NCBI GenBank assembly: GCA_964016885.1
Contig: OZ024743.1
Span: 308,078,001 to 308,142,000 of the forward strand
Length of the DNA: 64,000 nt
Reading direction: 5' to 3'
Source: Eledone cirrhosa
Lineage: Eukaryota
In this document: positions 45,803 through 57,639 of the stretch, piece by piece
Layout: every line of letters starts with the position of its first letter
How positions within the stretch are numbered: the first letter of the stretch is position 1
The notes under the pieces: model-generated
What the model was told of the DNA's origin: nothing
Seen by the model: the letters and a program-made list of their open reading frames with translations, nothing else
Databases searched by the model: none
Translations under genes and position numbers: made by a program

Positions 45803-46129
45803 GTATTAAGGATACTATTTATGGTTATGCAAATACAAAAACCTTTTGTAGTTATATATATTTTTACAAACCCTAAATACTGATAGGCAATAATATATTA
45901 CTACCTTATTACCAGTAAGTTAAATAGCTCAATGTAATAACATGAGATGATTTACAGAGCAGTTATATATAAGTTATAAGAATCAATGTATCTGTATGTC
46001 TCTTGGGTTGAAAAGGAGGTCTTATAAGTGTTCATTCATTAATAAATTGCTCCGAAGAATCCAAACCTCGGTTTGGAGGAAACAGTTGTAAGCATAAAAA
46101 TGTTTTGAACAGTTCTTTGATTCTTATAA

Positions 46130-46188
<59 letters not shown>

Positions 46189-46283
46189 TTTGAGTATATG
46201 TTGGTTGTTTACCGACACCTCAGTATGCAGATTGGAGCACTCGACGAAGTACGCAGGTTCGTTTGTTTACTCCGGAGTAATGT

Positions 46284-46496
46284 AAAATAATTAAGTCAAA
46301 TATGTAAAATTTGGCTTCGTTTATTACAAATTATAGATATACTGCTATATATATTTCGGTGACAGCCATCATTGGGAATTCGGACTGCCTGATGAGGTCA
46401 CAGCCAATGATGACTGTCACCGAAATATATATACCAGTATATCTATAATTTGTAATAAACAAAGCCAAATTTTACATATTTGACTTAATTATTTTA
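46284..46496. repeat. ~90 bp fold-back containing a hammerhead
   Basis: 46284-46373 is the inverse of 46405-46496. Confidence 0.88.
46384..46438 (+). ncRNA. Type I hammerhead ribozyme
   Basis: actgc-CTGATGA-ggt-c-acagcc-aatgat-gactgt-c-acc-GAAA-tatata-TA-ccagt; the inverted copy keeps the perfectly pairing ggctgt and gcagt. Confidence 0.75.
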
Positions 46497-46514
46497 TATA
46501 TATATATATATATG

Positions 46515-49500
46515 TAAAAGTTATATTTAAATTGTTGGGATACAACAAGCACATATTTTTATAACTGATATAAAGCACTCAACAAATAATTGGAGTAAAA
46601 ATACGATATTAACAAATGGAAACTATATTTATAAAACCATATTTATTTCATTATACATATTTCAAGGACACCAAGTTAAATTATGGTGTGCTTTCATCAG
46701 ATAAAATATAATATAGAGCAGTTTTATAAATAAATATTGACATACCCTTAAAGAATGCAACCATTACTGTTGGAAGCTCTTGGATAGTGGGGTTATAACT
46801 TTATTTATACTATTATGTAAATTAGTATTGGATATTTTTAAATAAGCCGTTGGGTTACGGAAAAAGAGAGAAAGAGAGAGAGAGAAGAGAGAAGAACAAG
46901 AGAGAGAAAAAAGAAAAAAGTGAGAGAGAAAAGAGAAAGAGAAGTGAAAGCGAAAGCTCTAAGTGATAGGTTGTTGAGTTATCTTAACATTTGAGATGAA
47001 GTGAAAGAATAAATAATTATTTTTTATGGATGAATAGAGAAATGTAAATAAGCGTGAATGGACAATACATACATAATATGAGAATTTTAACATTGTTTAA
47101 ATATGATTAAATGTTTAGTTTATCATTTAAATTATTGAGATCTATACATTAAAAATCGAGATCTATATATTAAGAAATCTATATATTATTATTAAGACTA
47201 TATATTATTAAAAAAGAATATATTCATATATATACACACGCACACACAGATATATATACATATAAATATATATACATACAAATACATATACATATACATC
47301 TACGTACATAATATATACATACAAAGTATAAAGGATTTTTTAAATTTAAGTTGTAGGAATTTTCATAAACTTATAGATTTTTCATAGAAAATCTTAGAAA
47401 AAACAGAGAAAATCATTTCAATGTAATATCAAAGCAGCGTGAAGGAAATTACGTTATTTAGTTATATAAATGTTACAATTGTTAAGATATTAAAGGAAAT
47501 TTTATGTTATACACACTTTATGTTATACACATTTTTTTATATATAAGTTTTATATCTAATAAATCTACTTATGTAGTTGTGACTGTTATTATATAGGTTT
47601 ATTTATCACGTACCTTAAGAGAATCCTTATAAACGAGTGCAATCGAATTGTATGCATATACATATATATATATACAATTCTCTCATATATACACATAGAC
47701 GTACCTACACATATAGGTAGATATGCATCACACATATATACATATACATACATACACACACATAAATATATATACATACATATAAATATATATATATATA
47801 CACACATATAGAGAGAGATAGATATATAAATACAGTACATATTATAATTGAAGTACATAATATATATAATATAAAATAAAATAAAATGAAATGAAATGAA
47901 ATGAAATGAAATGAAATAAAAAATAAATAAAATAAAAAAGAATTATATTACGATTTGGAAATATAATTATAAGCAATATAACTTTAAATCAATATAATTT
48001 TTAAAATATTATAGAATATTTCAAGTTATAATTTTAAAATAATAATATGTTTAATAGATTTAGTATAAAAATTTTCTTCGTATATTTAACTTAATTTTAT
48101 ATCCATAAGAGAAACTTTCAAAAGAGAAACTTTCAAAATAGGAGAAACTATCAAATAATATTTTCCCCCTTTAAGAGCTTTCAGTATGTTTCTCTAGAAG
48201 AGTTTTTTATATTTATTTATATTTAGGAAGAAAATTTCTTTGCTTGAGAATTTAAGCAGTCAAAAATGAAGGAATCTAATGATTTATTGATAGGTTCAAT
48301 ATATTAATAGAATTAATTACTTAATTATATATTACATTTTAAATTTATATTTAAACGTTGAGTTCAATCTATGTCTGCAGCAACTGAATAAATTGTTCCT
48401 TGGTTCAGGGAATTTTTGGTCTTTAATATAAAGAATATTTCCTCTATACAAAGATCACAATTTTCAGAAGAGGAGTTAAAAGGAGTAGCTTTTGAAATAA
48501 TATTCCAAAGCAACGAATATTTAACGTTCTTTAATTTGAGGTCCCATAATAAGCTAGATAGAGAAGTTGAAGATTTTTTGTTTGGATTTGTAAAAGAATT
48601 TTTATGATTATTGAAACGGGATTTAAACTCTGTGGAAGTAGATCCCACATAATTAAATGAATTTAAATTAGTTTTTACATTACAATTATATACTATATTT
48701 TTAGCTAAGCAATTGTTATTTAATGGACAGTTAGATTTATTTCTACAGTTACATTTATCAAATTGGATATTGCTTGGGTTATTAGTGGTATTTTGGTTAG
48801 GTTTTAAATTTCTATTATTAATTCTATTAATATTTTCGCTAAATTTTTGGTGGATGAATAAGTTAATTTTATAGTATGTCTATTAAAAATTGAGTAATAT
48901 CTATCTGTTCTAGGGAAGCATTTGTCAAGAGCTTTAAAAAATAGTTTAGCAATAGGGGTTTTAATATTTAATGAGAAAGGAGGAGCGAACCATAATATAT
49001 TCCTAGTTCTATTTCTTTTTTTGTTTTCCGAATTATTGTAAGGTTTTCTATTATAGTTGTTAAAATTGTTAAAATAGTTACATTTGTTAAGATTATGGTT
49101 AGTTGTTATATTATTATTATCAATGTATTTAATTTTATTTCTATACCCAGCTCTACCTAACGCTTCGTTGTAATAATGTGCTTTTTCATCAAATATATTC
49201 TTATTAGCTGAAATTCTCGAAATGCGTTGTTGTACAGAGTTCACTATAGTATTTTTAACGGATCTGGGGTGATTAGAGTTAAAATTAACGTAGTTTAAGT
49301 TCTCGTTTAGTTTGTGAAATGGATAATGAAAACATGTGTTAAGGTTTAGTGTTACATCTAGAAAGTTAACTATTTTATGGTTATTCTCTATTTCTACTTT
49401 TAGATTAAGGTAATTAAAAAATTGTATAATTTGTTTTCTTTTCCTATTTAATTCACAGTTATTATTTTCTATAAGTAAAAGCATGTCGTCACGATATAAA

Positions 49501-50393
49501 CCTCCGGTCATCTCAGGTATTTTCCTATGTAGAGAATTATTTATAAAGAGGCCCACGAGATCCATTACCTGAGCGGAATCGGATGATCCCATAGTTATAT
49601 CAAAGTTATTATTTCTATCTGCTCTAGTCCAGAGTTGGTTTGGTTATTAAATTCTATTAATGTTTTCCGTGCCGATAATATAATGTGCATTTCATTACAA
49701 GTTAAGTCTGTATGTTTAAATGCGTAAGTTAGTTCTTTATTAAGTAGATTAGGAGTGATAGATGAGTAATAATTAGCAATATCCAATTGAATAAACTTAT
49801 TATTATAGTTATATTTAATTTCCTTAAACCAATCGATAACTTCACTAGTTCCTTTCTATAATTTTAAATAAGATAATTTCTTAAGTTGTGGTATTATTCT
49901 GTCTAAAATATTCTTGCTAAGTCTGCCAAGGTCCGATTTAGATGGTGCAATTAATCTGACTGGTAAATCAGTTTCAAAGTTCCTTTTGTGATCCTTCATA
50001 TTTATTTTATGTTTCCTTGGCATGAAGGGTTGTGTCTTATTTTCAATGCCTAGTTCATGCATTATATAAGAGGCATCTGTATTCAATTTTTCAAGGTCGT
50101 CATTATTTTTTACTTTGTATTTCTTCCTTAATTCCTTTAATATAAGATCGTTATAAATGTCCTTTTGTATTCCGTAAAGATTATTGGTTTTGACTAGAAT
50201 TTTCTCCGTTTTCTCCAAGTTTTCAATATTATTTTTGATATTTCTTAAGTAATCCTGGCCTTCGAATTTGTTTTTGAATTTGCTGCTTTGGATGATAGAT
50301 ACGAAAGCACACCATAATTTAACTTGGTGTCCTTGAAATATGTATAATGAAATAAATATGGTTTTATAAATATAGTTTCCATTTGTTAATATC

Positions 50394-50397
<4 letters not shown>
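46515..50397 (-). mobile_element. Penelope-like retroelement, RT plus C-terminal GIY-YIG, frameshifted, with inverted 5' pLTR piece
   Basis: PVRLIAPSKSDLG, DIANYYSSI, MGSSDSAQVMDLVG, LYRDDML, NFLDVTLNL, then YVGSTSTEFKSRFNNHKNSF, CDLCIEE; 50303-50397 is the inverse of 46601-46695. Confidence 0.9.
46644..46708 (-). ncRNA. Hammerhead ribozyme in PLE 3' pLTR
   Basis: Minus strand: tattttat-CTGATGA-aag-cacacca...tggtgtc-ctt-GAAA-tatgta-TA-atgaaata. Confidence 0.8.
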
Positions 50398-50454
<57 letters not shown>

Positions 50455-50622
50455 TTCCGCTACGGCCGACGCGAAGCGCTAGTTTCGGTTATTTGTCGGA
50501 GATTTCTTATTAGAAGCCTCATTCTTATAGCCTGGTCTATTCGATTTTTTATATGGTTAATTATGCTAATTGGGAGAGGAAATAGTATATATTTTATCTT
50601 GTGATTTTATAGACATGTTTTA

Positions 50623-50669
<47 letters not shown>

Positions 50670-51438
50670 TAATTTTCGCTCTACATGGCCGAATACAATA
50701 AATGTAATGATTTTTTCGAATATTAATAATAATATTCGATTCGTTTGCAATTATACAAACAAGCCTGGTTTTTAAAGCCATGTCAGTAGAATGAGCCCCT
50801 CATTCTTGCTCTTGTGTTGGCATGTAAACAGAACTGCAAACACTAATGTTACCTTCATCAATACAGTTCACTGTTCACCTGCCAAGAACTAGTGAAAATA
50901 TATATTTTCTAAAATATACAGTGACTGATCGGCCTGATTTGCATATTTGCATATTAGCAAACGAATCGAATATTATTATTAATATTCGAAAAACTCAGAT
51001 TACATTTATTGTGTTCAGCCAAGTAGAACGAAAAACTTTTTTTATTTGAATGTGGCAAAGCCGGCCATTGATCGCTCGTATACAGGAAACTGACTGGCCT
51101 GTCTGCTGATATGCAAATCTGGCTGATCAGTGGATCTGCTAATATGCAGATCTGATGATCAGTCAGTCTGCTAATATGTAAATCAGGCCGATCAGTCACT
51201 GTATATTTTAGAAAATATATATTTTCACTAGCTCTGACAGTTGGTAGGTGAACAGTGAACTGTATTGATGAAGGGTAATACCTAGAAACATTAGTGTCTG
51301 CAGTTCTGTTTACATGCCAACACAAGAGCAAGAATGAGGGGCTCATTCCACTGACATGGCTTTCTAAATGAGGCTTGTTTGCATAATTGCAAACGAATCG
51401 AATATTATTATTAATATTCGAAAACCTCAGCTTACATT

Positions 51439-51443
<5 letters not shown>
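50670..51443. mobile_element. Non-coding HHR-bearing tandem/inverted unit in (TA)n
   Basis: 50695-50955 is a diverged inverse of 51170-51443; gcaaacgaatcgaatattatt repeats at 50957 and 51389 (~430 bp period). Confidence 0.8.
51257..51306 (+). ncRNA. Type I hammerhead, TTGATGA core
   Basis: gaactgta-TTGATGA-ag-ggt-aat-acc-ta-GAAA-ca-ttag-tg-TC-tgcagttc; the minus copy at 50831-50869 has an internal deletion. Confidence 0.7.
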
Positions 51444-51501
<58 letters not shown>

Positions 51502-51716
51502 AAAGAATAGAGGTGTAACACACAAGTTATTATATATTGGTAAACGGAATAGAAAATGCTGACAAATTGTTCACAGTGAAAAATAGTTTAATTAGGAATA
51601 AATGAGAATTAGTAATTGTATTGGTTAGTAAACAGTTTTGGTTTTAAGTTTTACCGGTTGCGCATTTCTAAATGCTTTTCAAAAATAATTTTGAGATAGA
51701 GCGTCCGTGATGTTTG

Positions 51717-51792
<76 letters not shown>

Positions 51793-52031
51793 GTGTGTGT
51801 GTACTGGAAATTCCCAAGAACGATAAACTCTGATAAGCAAGTTTCAACGTATTACTTGTATATCTATGCCTCCACCACCCTTCATACACAGTTCGCTACA
51901 TACAGAGTGGAACATCTTGACCACAGTTAACGGAACGTTGACTTGGCGACTGCTGAAATATGGAATGTCTTCATATATATGATTCAGTCATATTGTTGGA
52001 GATTATTGCAATGGAATATAATGTAGCATTA

Positions 52032-52127
<96 letters not shown>

Positions 52128-52262
52128 ATAAGCAAGATGTATGGTAGGTCGTATGTGAATCGCGATGATCACGTCTGACCTACCAAATATGCGACGGTAG
52201 CTAGTTAAGCTCTATGCGTATAAGCAGAGCAGAAATATTAATGAAAAAGAACAAAGGAACTA

Positions 52263-53404
52263 AAAACAAATAACGAAACGAAATTAAATTTCGTTTCGTT
52301 TGTAACTCACTTTTGTATGACTGACGCTTAAACAATTAAGTTAAAAATGTACATCCACATATGTATACTGAAATACTAGTATGCATATGAATACACACAC
52401 GTGTACATATGTAGATGTACCGAGTTTTCACTGGTCACTTTACTGTGAGTGTCCAGCTATTCTGTATGTAAACACACAGACAAACCGGTTTTTAGAGTCA
52501 TACTGGTTTTTGAGGAAACACCTTTCCTCTATTCTCCAGAAAGCCAGACAAGGAATATTGGACTAGTTTCGATGTTGTTACATCTCATCAGCAATATTTA
52601 CCTATCTTCCGGCCTCTCTAGAGAATCGTGAAAGCACATATCGTTATATGCTTTTTCTATGAAAATTAGTAGTGGGCAGACCAATTTGCATAGAGCGTGA
52701 AACTAGTCCAATATTCCTTGTCTGGCTTTCTGGAGAATAGAGGAAAGGTGTTTCCTCAAAAACCAGTATGACTCTAAAAACCGGTTTGTCTGTGTGTTTA
52801 CATACAGAATAGCTGGACACTCACAGTAAAGTGACCAGTGAAAACTCGGTACATCTACATATGTACACGTGTGTGTATTCATATGCATACTAGTATTTCA
52901 GTATACATATGTGGATGTACATTTTTAACTTAATTGTTTAAGCGTCAGTCATACAAAAGTGAGTTACAAACGAAACGAAATTTAATTTCGTTTCGTTATT
53001 TGTTTTTATCGTCTCCGTTGAACCGGTACGTACTCACGCTCTATGCAAATTGGTCTGCCCACTACTAATTTTCATAGAAAAAGCATATAACGATATGTGC
53101 TTTCACGATTCTCTAGAGAGGCCGGAAGATAGGTAAATATTGCTGATGAGATGTAACAACATCGATATTAGTCCAATATTCCTTGTCTGGCTTTCTGGAG
53201 AATAGAGGAAAGGTGTTTCCTCAAAAACCAGTATGACTCTAAAAACCGGTTTGTCTGTGTGTTTACATACAGAATAGCTGGACACTCACAGTAAAGTGAC
53301 CAGTGAAAACTCGGTACATCTACATATGTACACGTGTGTGTATTCATATGCATACTAGTATTTCAGTATACATTTGTGGATGTACATTTTTAACTTAATT
53401 GTTT
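52263..53404. mobile_element. Second locus of the 470 bp HHR family (465 bp unit), fold-back, with 13-bp TSD
   Basis: Same sequence family as 34109-36215; inversion at 52699; aacaaaggaacta at 52250-52262 and 53405-53417. Confidence 0.92.
52554..52598 (-). ncRNA. Minimal type I hammerhead with GUC cleavage triplet
   Basis: Minus strand: aatattg-CTGATGA-gatgt-aaca-acatc-GAAA-ctag-TC-caatatt; the plus copy at 53136-53180 has GAAA mutated to GATA. Confidence 0.88.
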
Positions 53405-53440
53405 AACAAAGGAACTATTATGACATTATAACAAGTTTAT

Positions 53441-53487
53441 TGCCGACAGCCGTTTCGTCCGACCATATGGTGGGGCTTTTCAAGGCA
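53441..53487 (-). ncRNA. Minimal hammerhead, U3-A8 core variant
   Basis: Minus strand: tgcc-TTGAAAA-gcccc-acc-atat-ggt-cggac-GAAA-c-ggct-g-TC-ggca, then AATAAA. Confidence 0.68.
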
Positions 53488-53967
53488 TATAACATGTGAT
53501 TGTAAGTTCATTATTTACATCAACGTATCACTTAAGACTAGCAGTTTGAAATTGTGGTATACATCAGCAGCTCCGCTTGTATATTTGGGGTCTATATTCT
53601 AAGGGAGCTCTTTTATATTAGTTGTCGGAATTGTAAAAGGGATGGGTTATGGGGAGTTAAGAGAATTTGAAAATGGCCTAAGAGTCAGGGATTGAAGGTT
53701 AAAAATTAGATAATTTATAATTTACGCATTAAAAGTAAAAGACTTGGGATCTCGTAGAAGCACCTTAAAAAATCCCTCAATAAGTACATAAAGCTTACAA
53801 GCCCCAATAAACTTAACAAACTAGAAGAGATTAAGAGACTAATAAAATAAAAAAATAAAGATATAAAGTTTCCCTAAAAAATATAAAGTTTCCCAAGAAG
53901 TTTCTTCGAGAGAAAAAAATTTCTTTCGAAAGAAAAAGACTTTCTTCCCCAGAGATCTCGTTAAAAA

Positions 53968-54062
<95 letters not shown>

Positions 54063-54214
54063 ATATAAATAATATATTATATTTATTTATATTCAAAGAC
54101 CATTTATCCCCCAAATTGTGTACGGTGGTGTAGAATGGATGAGCGATCAAATTTGCAACTAATTCATCAGGCGCTTGAAGGAGTTTGAAAATATTTAGAG
54201 CTTTTTGATCTGTG

Positions 54215-54313
<99 letters not shown>

Positions 54314-55362
54314 GTATGCAATTTTCTATTTCTTTCCCCTACATTCCATTATATATTTGGGTTCAACGTAATCTGGTTACGTAATTCTGTAGATGACGCC
54401 TGATGAGATCGTCCTGTCTAGCATCATAATCGGATGATGGAGCTGGGCCATTGAAATATGTATAATGATTACGCGGAATTAAAATTCTAAAGCAAATTTT
54501 TCAGTTCGGCCTTTCATTTGTTGTTTAATAAATATATGAATGTTTTAGCGGTCCCACGAAAAGAGATTGAGTAAATAAATACTGGAATCCATATAGTCAA
54601 TTATAGTGATGTCCTTACATGAACGCTGTCTAATGACTAAATAGAAGGGCGCCTGGGTTAGTGGTTAAAGAATTGGATTCACAATTGTGAGGTTGCGAGT
54701 TTAATTCCCAGAAACATTAACAAGAGGTTTATCTTAACGTTTTTCGTAGCTTCCCTTTCAGAGCTAAACGGATAATTGTTCTTTTCGTAATACTTGCCTT
54801 CCTCCCACCAGTCTCTCCTTCCTAATTATTTGGATTGTCATGCGCATGTACATGTTGACTCTTGACATACATTCTCATCCCTTAAAACTGTTTTACCCTT
54901 TCTCTCCTACTACAATGATAATTTCCTCTTTATATTTTTTTTTTCTGACCCACTGACATCCTGTTAACAAACAACCATTCCACCCGGTTACCCGCTTCGT
55001 ACTATCTTCAAACGTAGTTTTACATTAGACGCTTAGAAAATTTGTCTCATGACCCCACAACCTCCACCACCAACAACAGCAATGTCATGCATTGCTCTTT
55101 GTCTCTTACACAAGCAATATTTAAAAAAAATTATTTTCCTTTTCCTGCTGTGGTAATGTCTTTGTGTCAGTTGGTATGTGTTGATATTTGGATTTCCATC
55201 GGTTAATGCGACGAGTGTTCCAGTTGTTCGGACACAGGAATAACCTGCTGGTGGAATTAACGGGTACGTGACTGAGCATTCCACAGATACGTGCACCTCA
55301 TAACGTATCTCTGACAGTGTGATATGGTGCAGGACAAGGGTGTCATTTTTTCGTTTACCTTT

Positions 55363-55412
<50 letters not shown>

Positions 55413-55504
55413 TTAATTTGTTGGAAATCCAACAATTATAGGGATAACTTGAACCGTTAAGGTATATTATCCTTGGTCATTTCAAATATTTATAAAACAT
55501 TTTG

Positions 55505-55566
55505 TATTTTATCTGATGATAGCATACCAAAATATTTGGTACCCTTGAAATATATATAATAGAATA
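55505..55566 (+). ncRNA. Hammerhead related to the 46644 family
   Basis: tattttat-CTGATGA-tagca-taccaaa-ata-tttggta-ccctt-GAAA-tatata-TA-atagaata; downstream aaatatggttttataaatatagtttccattt is shared with 50350-50385. Confidence 0.72.
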
Positions 55567-55616
55567 AATATGGTTTTATAAATATAGTTTCCATTTATTT
55601 AATATCATTGTATATA

Positions 55617-57220
55617 CAGTGCCCCGCAAAAGTTTACAACACATTAGGAAAAATGCGGTTTTAGCTATTTTTAATAAAGTTAGGGTAATGAAAATTTAAC
55701 TACCGATAGAACATATAATGAGGCATTTAATGATACAATCATAGTTTTAAAAAAATAACAAGGAAATAACTCATGAAGAAAAATCAATATTTTTATAACG
55801 CAAAAGTTTACAACACATTTATTAAATCATCTCTTAATATTTTGTAGCGTAACCTTTGTTGCTAATTACAGCCTGTAGGGCGTTTGGAGTAGCCTCCTAC
55901 AAACTTCTTGCATATTTCTTGGCTAATATTTATCCATTCTTCACAACAAATTTTCTTTAGTTCAGGGATATTTTGGGGTTTCCTTTTTTGAATTCTCTCC
56001 ACAAATTTTCGATCGGGTTAAGATCTGGAGACTGACATGGTCATTTTAGAACATTTATTCCATTCGTACTTAACCAAGATTGTGTTAGCTTTGCAGTATG
56101 CTTTGGATTGTTATCTTGTTGAAAAAACCAACCTGGCTTTAAGCTGAGAGAATGTGCACTTTGATGTAAATTCCTTTGGAAAATACCTCTATAATAAGTG
56201 CCACCCATTCTTCCTTCTATTATTTCAATATTTCCTACTCCTGTGGCACTAAAGCAACCCCAGACCATGATTGATCCACCTCCAAATTTTACAGTTGGAA
56301 TAGTATTCTTCAGCGAATATTCAGTACCTTTCTTTCTCCAGACTTTTGCCACAGCATTTCGACCAAAATGTTCAATTTTTGTTTCGTCCGACTAAAGTAC
56401 ATCTTCCCAAAATGACGCAGGTTTGATGAGATGCTCATTTGCAAAGTTTAATCGACGAAGAACGTGTTTCCTCGTAAGAAGTGATGTTTTCCTTGGAGAC
56501 CTCGAGAAGATATTATATCGACGAAGTGAACGACTAATTGTATCTGTGCTCACTTTTACTCCACTTTCTTCTAGGTCATCCTGAAGATTTTTAAGAGTAC
56601 ACCGGGGTTCGTTGCCAACCTTTCTCGTCAATAACCGAGCTGCACGTTCCGTTATCTTTCTAGGACGACCATAACTAATTAAAGGACAGATGAAATGATG
56701 AGATTTCCAGTGACGAATTATTGTACCAACTGAACTCAATGGCACATTTAACTGACAAGATATCTTTCTATAACCAACACCATTTGTATGAAGGTCTATA
56801 ATGCGTTTACAGAGGTCTTGATCAATCAGTTTATTTTTCCCCATATTGTCCATGTTTACAGGACGGTTGTCAATGTTTACAGGATGGTTGTCAGACAAAT
56901 AATGATATAATGTTTTTAATAGTCCTTAGAAGTTACCTTAAACCTAATCTAGAACATTCTACTGAATTTTAAATATGAAATTTTAAGAATTTTCTTGAAA
57001 AAAAGCGATAAATATAAAATGTGTTGTAAACTTTTGCGTTATAAAAATATTGATTTTTCTTCATGTGTTATTTCCTTGTTATTTTTTTAAAACTATGATT
57101 GTATCATTAAATGCCTCATTATATGTTCTATCAGTAGTTAAATTTTCATTACCCTAACTTTATTAAAAATACCTAAAACTGCATTTTTTCTAATGTGTTG
57201 TAAACTTTTGCGGGGCACTG
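55617..57220 (-). mobile_element. Full-length Tc1-family DNA transposon, IR/DR type
   Basis: ~200 bp TIRs beginning cagtgccccgcaaaagtttacaacacatt; inner direct repeat gcaaaagtttacaacacatt at ~55800 and ~57020; TA on both flanks. Confidence 0.95.
55834..56844 (-). pseudogene. Tc1 DD34E-type transposase with premature stops
   Basis: HTH GVGYRKIS, GRPRKIT, SDETKIE, TVKFGGGSIMVWGCFS, FQQDNNPKH, QSPDLNPIENLW, GYATKY*; stops at the conserved Trp positions 56392 and 56041. Confidence 0.9.
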
Positions 57221-57230
57221 TATATATACC

Positions 57231-57328
57231 CACAAGTCTGATGAGATGAGCTATCGATTCCAGAGTTGGGCACGATCACTATCGATCGTACTTTGAGCTG
57301 ATCGATCGTGAAACGCGCGTCAAGTGTG
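57231..57328 (+). ncRNA. Hammerhead motif with ~65 nt stem II domain (related to 44656)
   Basis: caca-agt-CTGATGA...gctgatc...GAAA-c-gcgc-g-TC-aag-tgtg-AATAAA; stem I imperfect next to the core. Confidence 0.6.
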
Positions 57329-57639
57329 AATAAACATAATGATGTTATGTTGATACTTCGTTCGTGGATTGGAAGTATAGGTAGAGCGTCACACAACACG
57401 CTGTGCAGCGTAGAGTTACGCCGCATTATATATATATATATATATATATAGGGTAACAAATTATCGTTATAGGTAATCCAGTTAGAGGTTGTGAATACTC
57501 CGTAGTGTGGATAGTTTTAGCGTGTACGGCGTTGTTTGACTCAACAAGAGGTTTCCTTAGGTAGCGAGTTTGTGAGTTCTCGGGAATTCCTATGCAGGTT
57601 AATCTTGGAGTAATAATAGTGAAAGAGTGAAGAATAACA

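Noticed and set aside
54400-54476. CTGATGA...GAAA-tatgta-TA hammerhead candidate
   Set aside because: Could not find a convincing stem I next to the core; possibly a decayed copy.
54730-54765. Minus-strand ctgaaaggg...gaaaaacgttaag resembling the 45591 motif
   Set aside because: Core mismatched and stem II not pairable.
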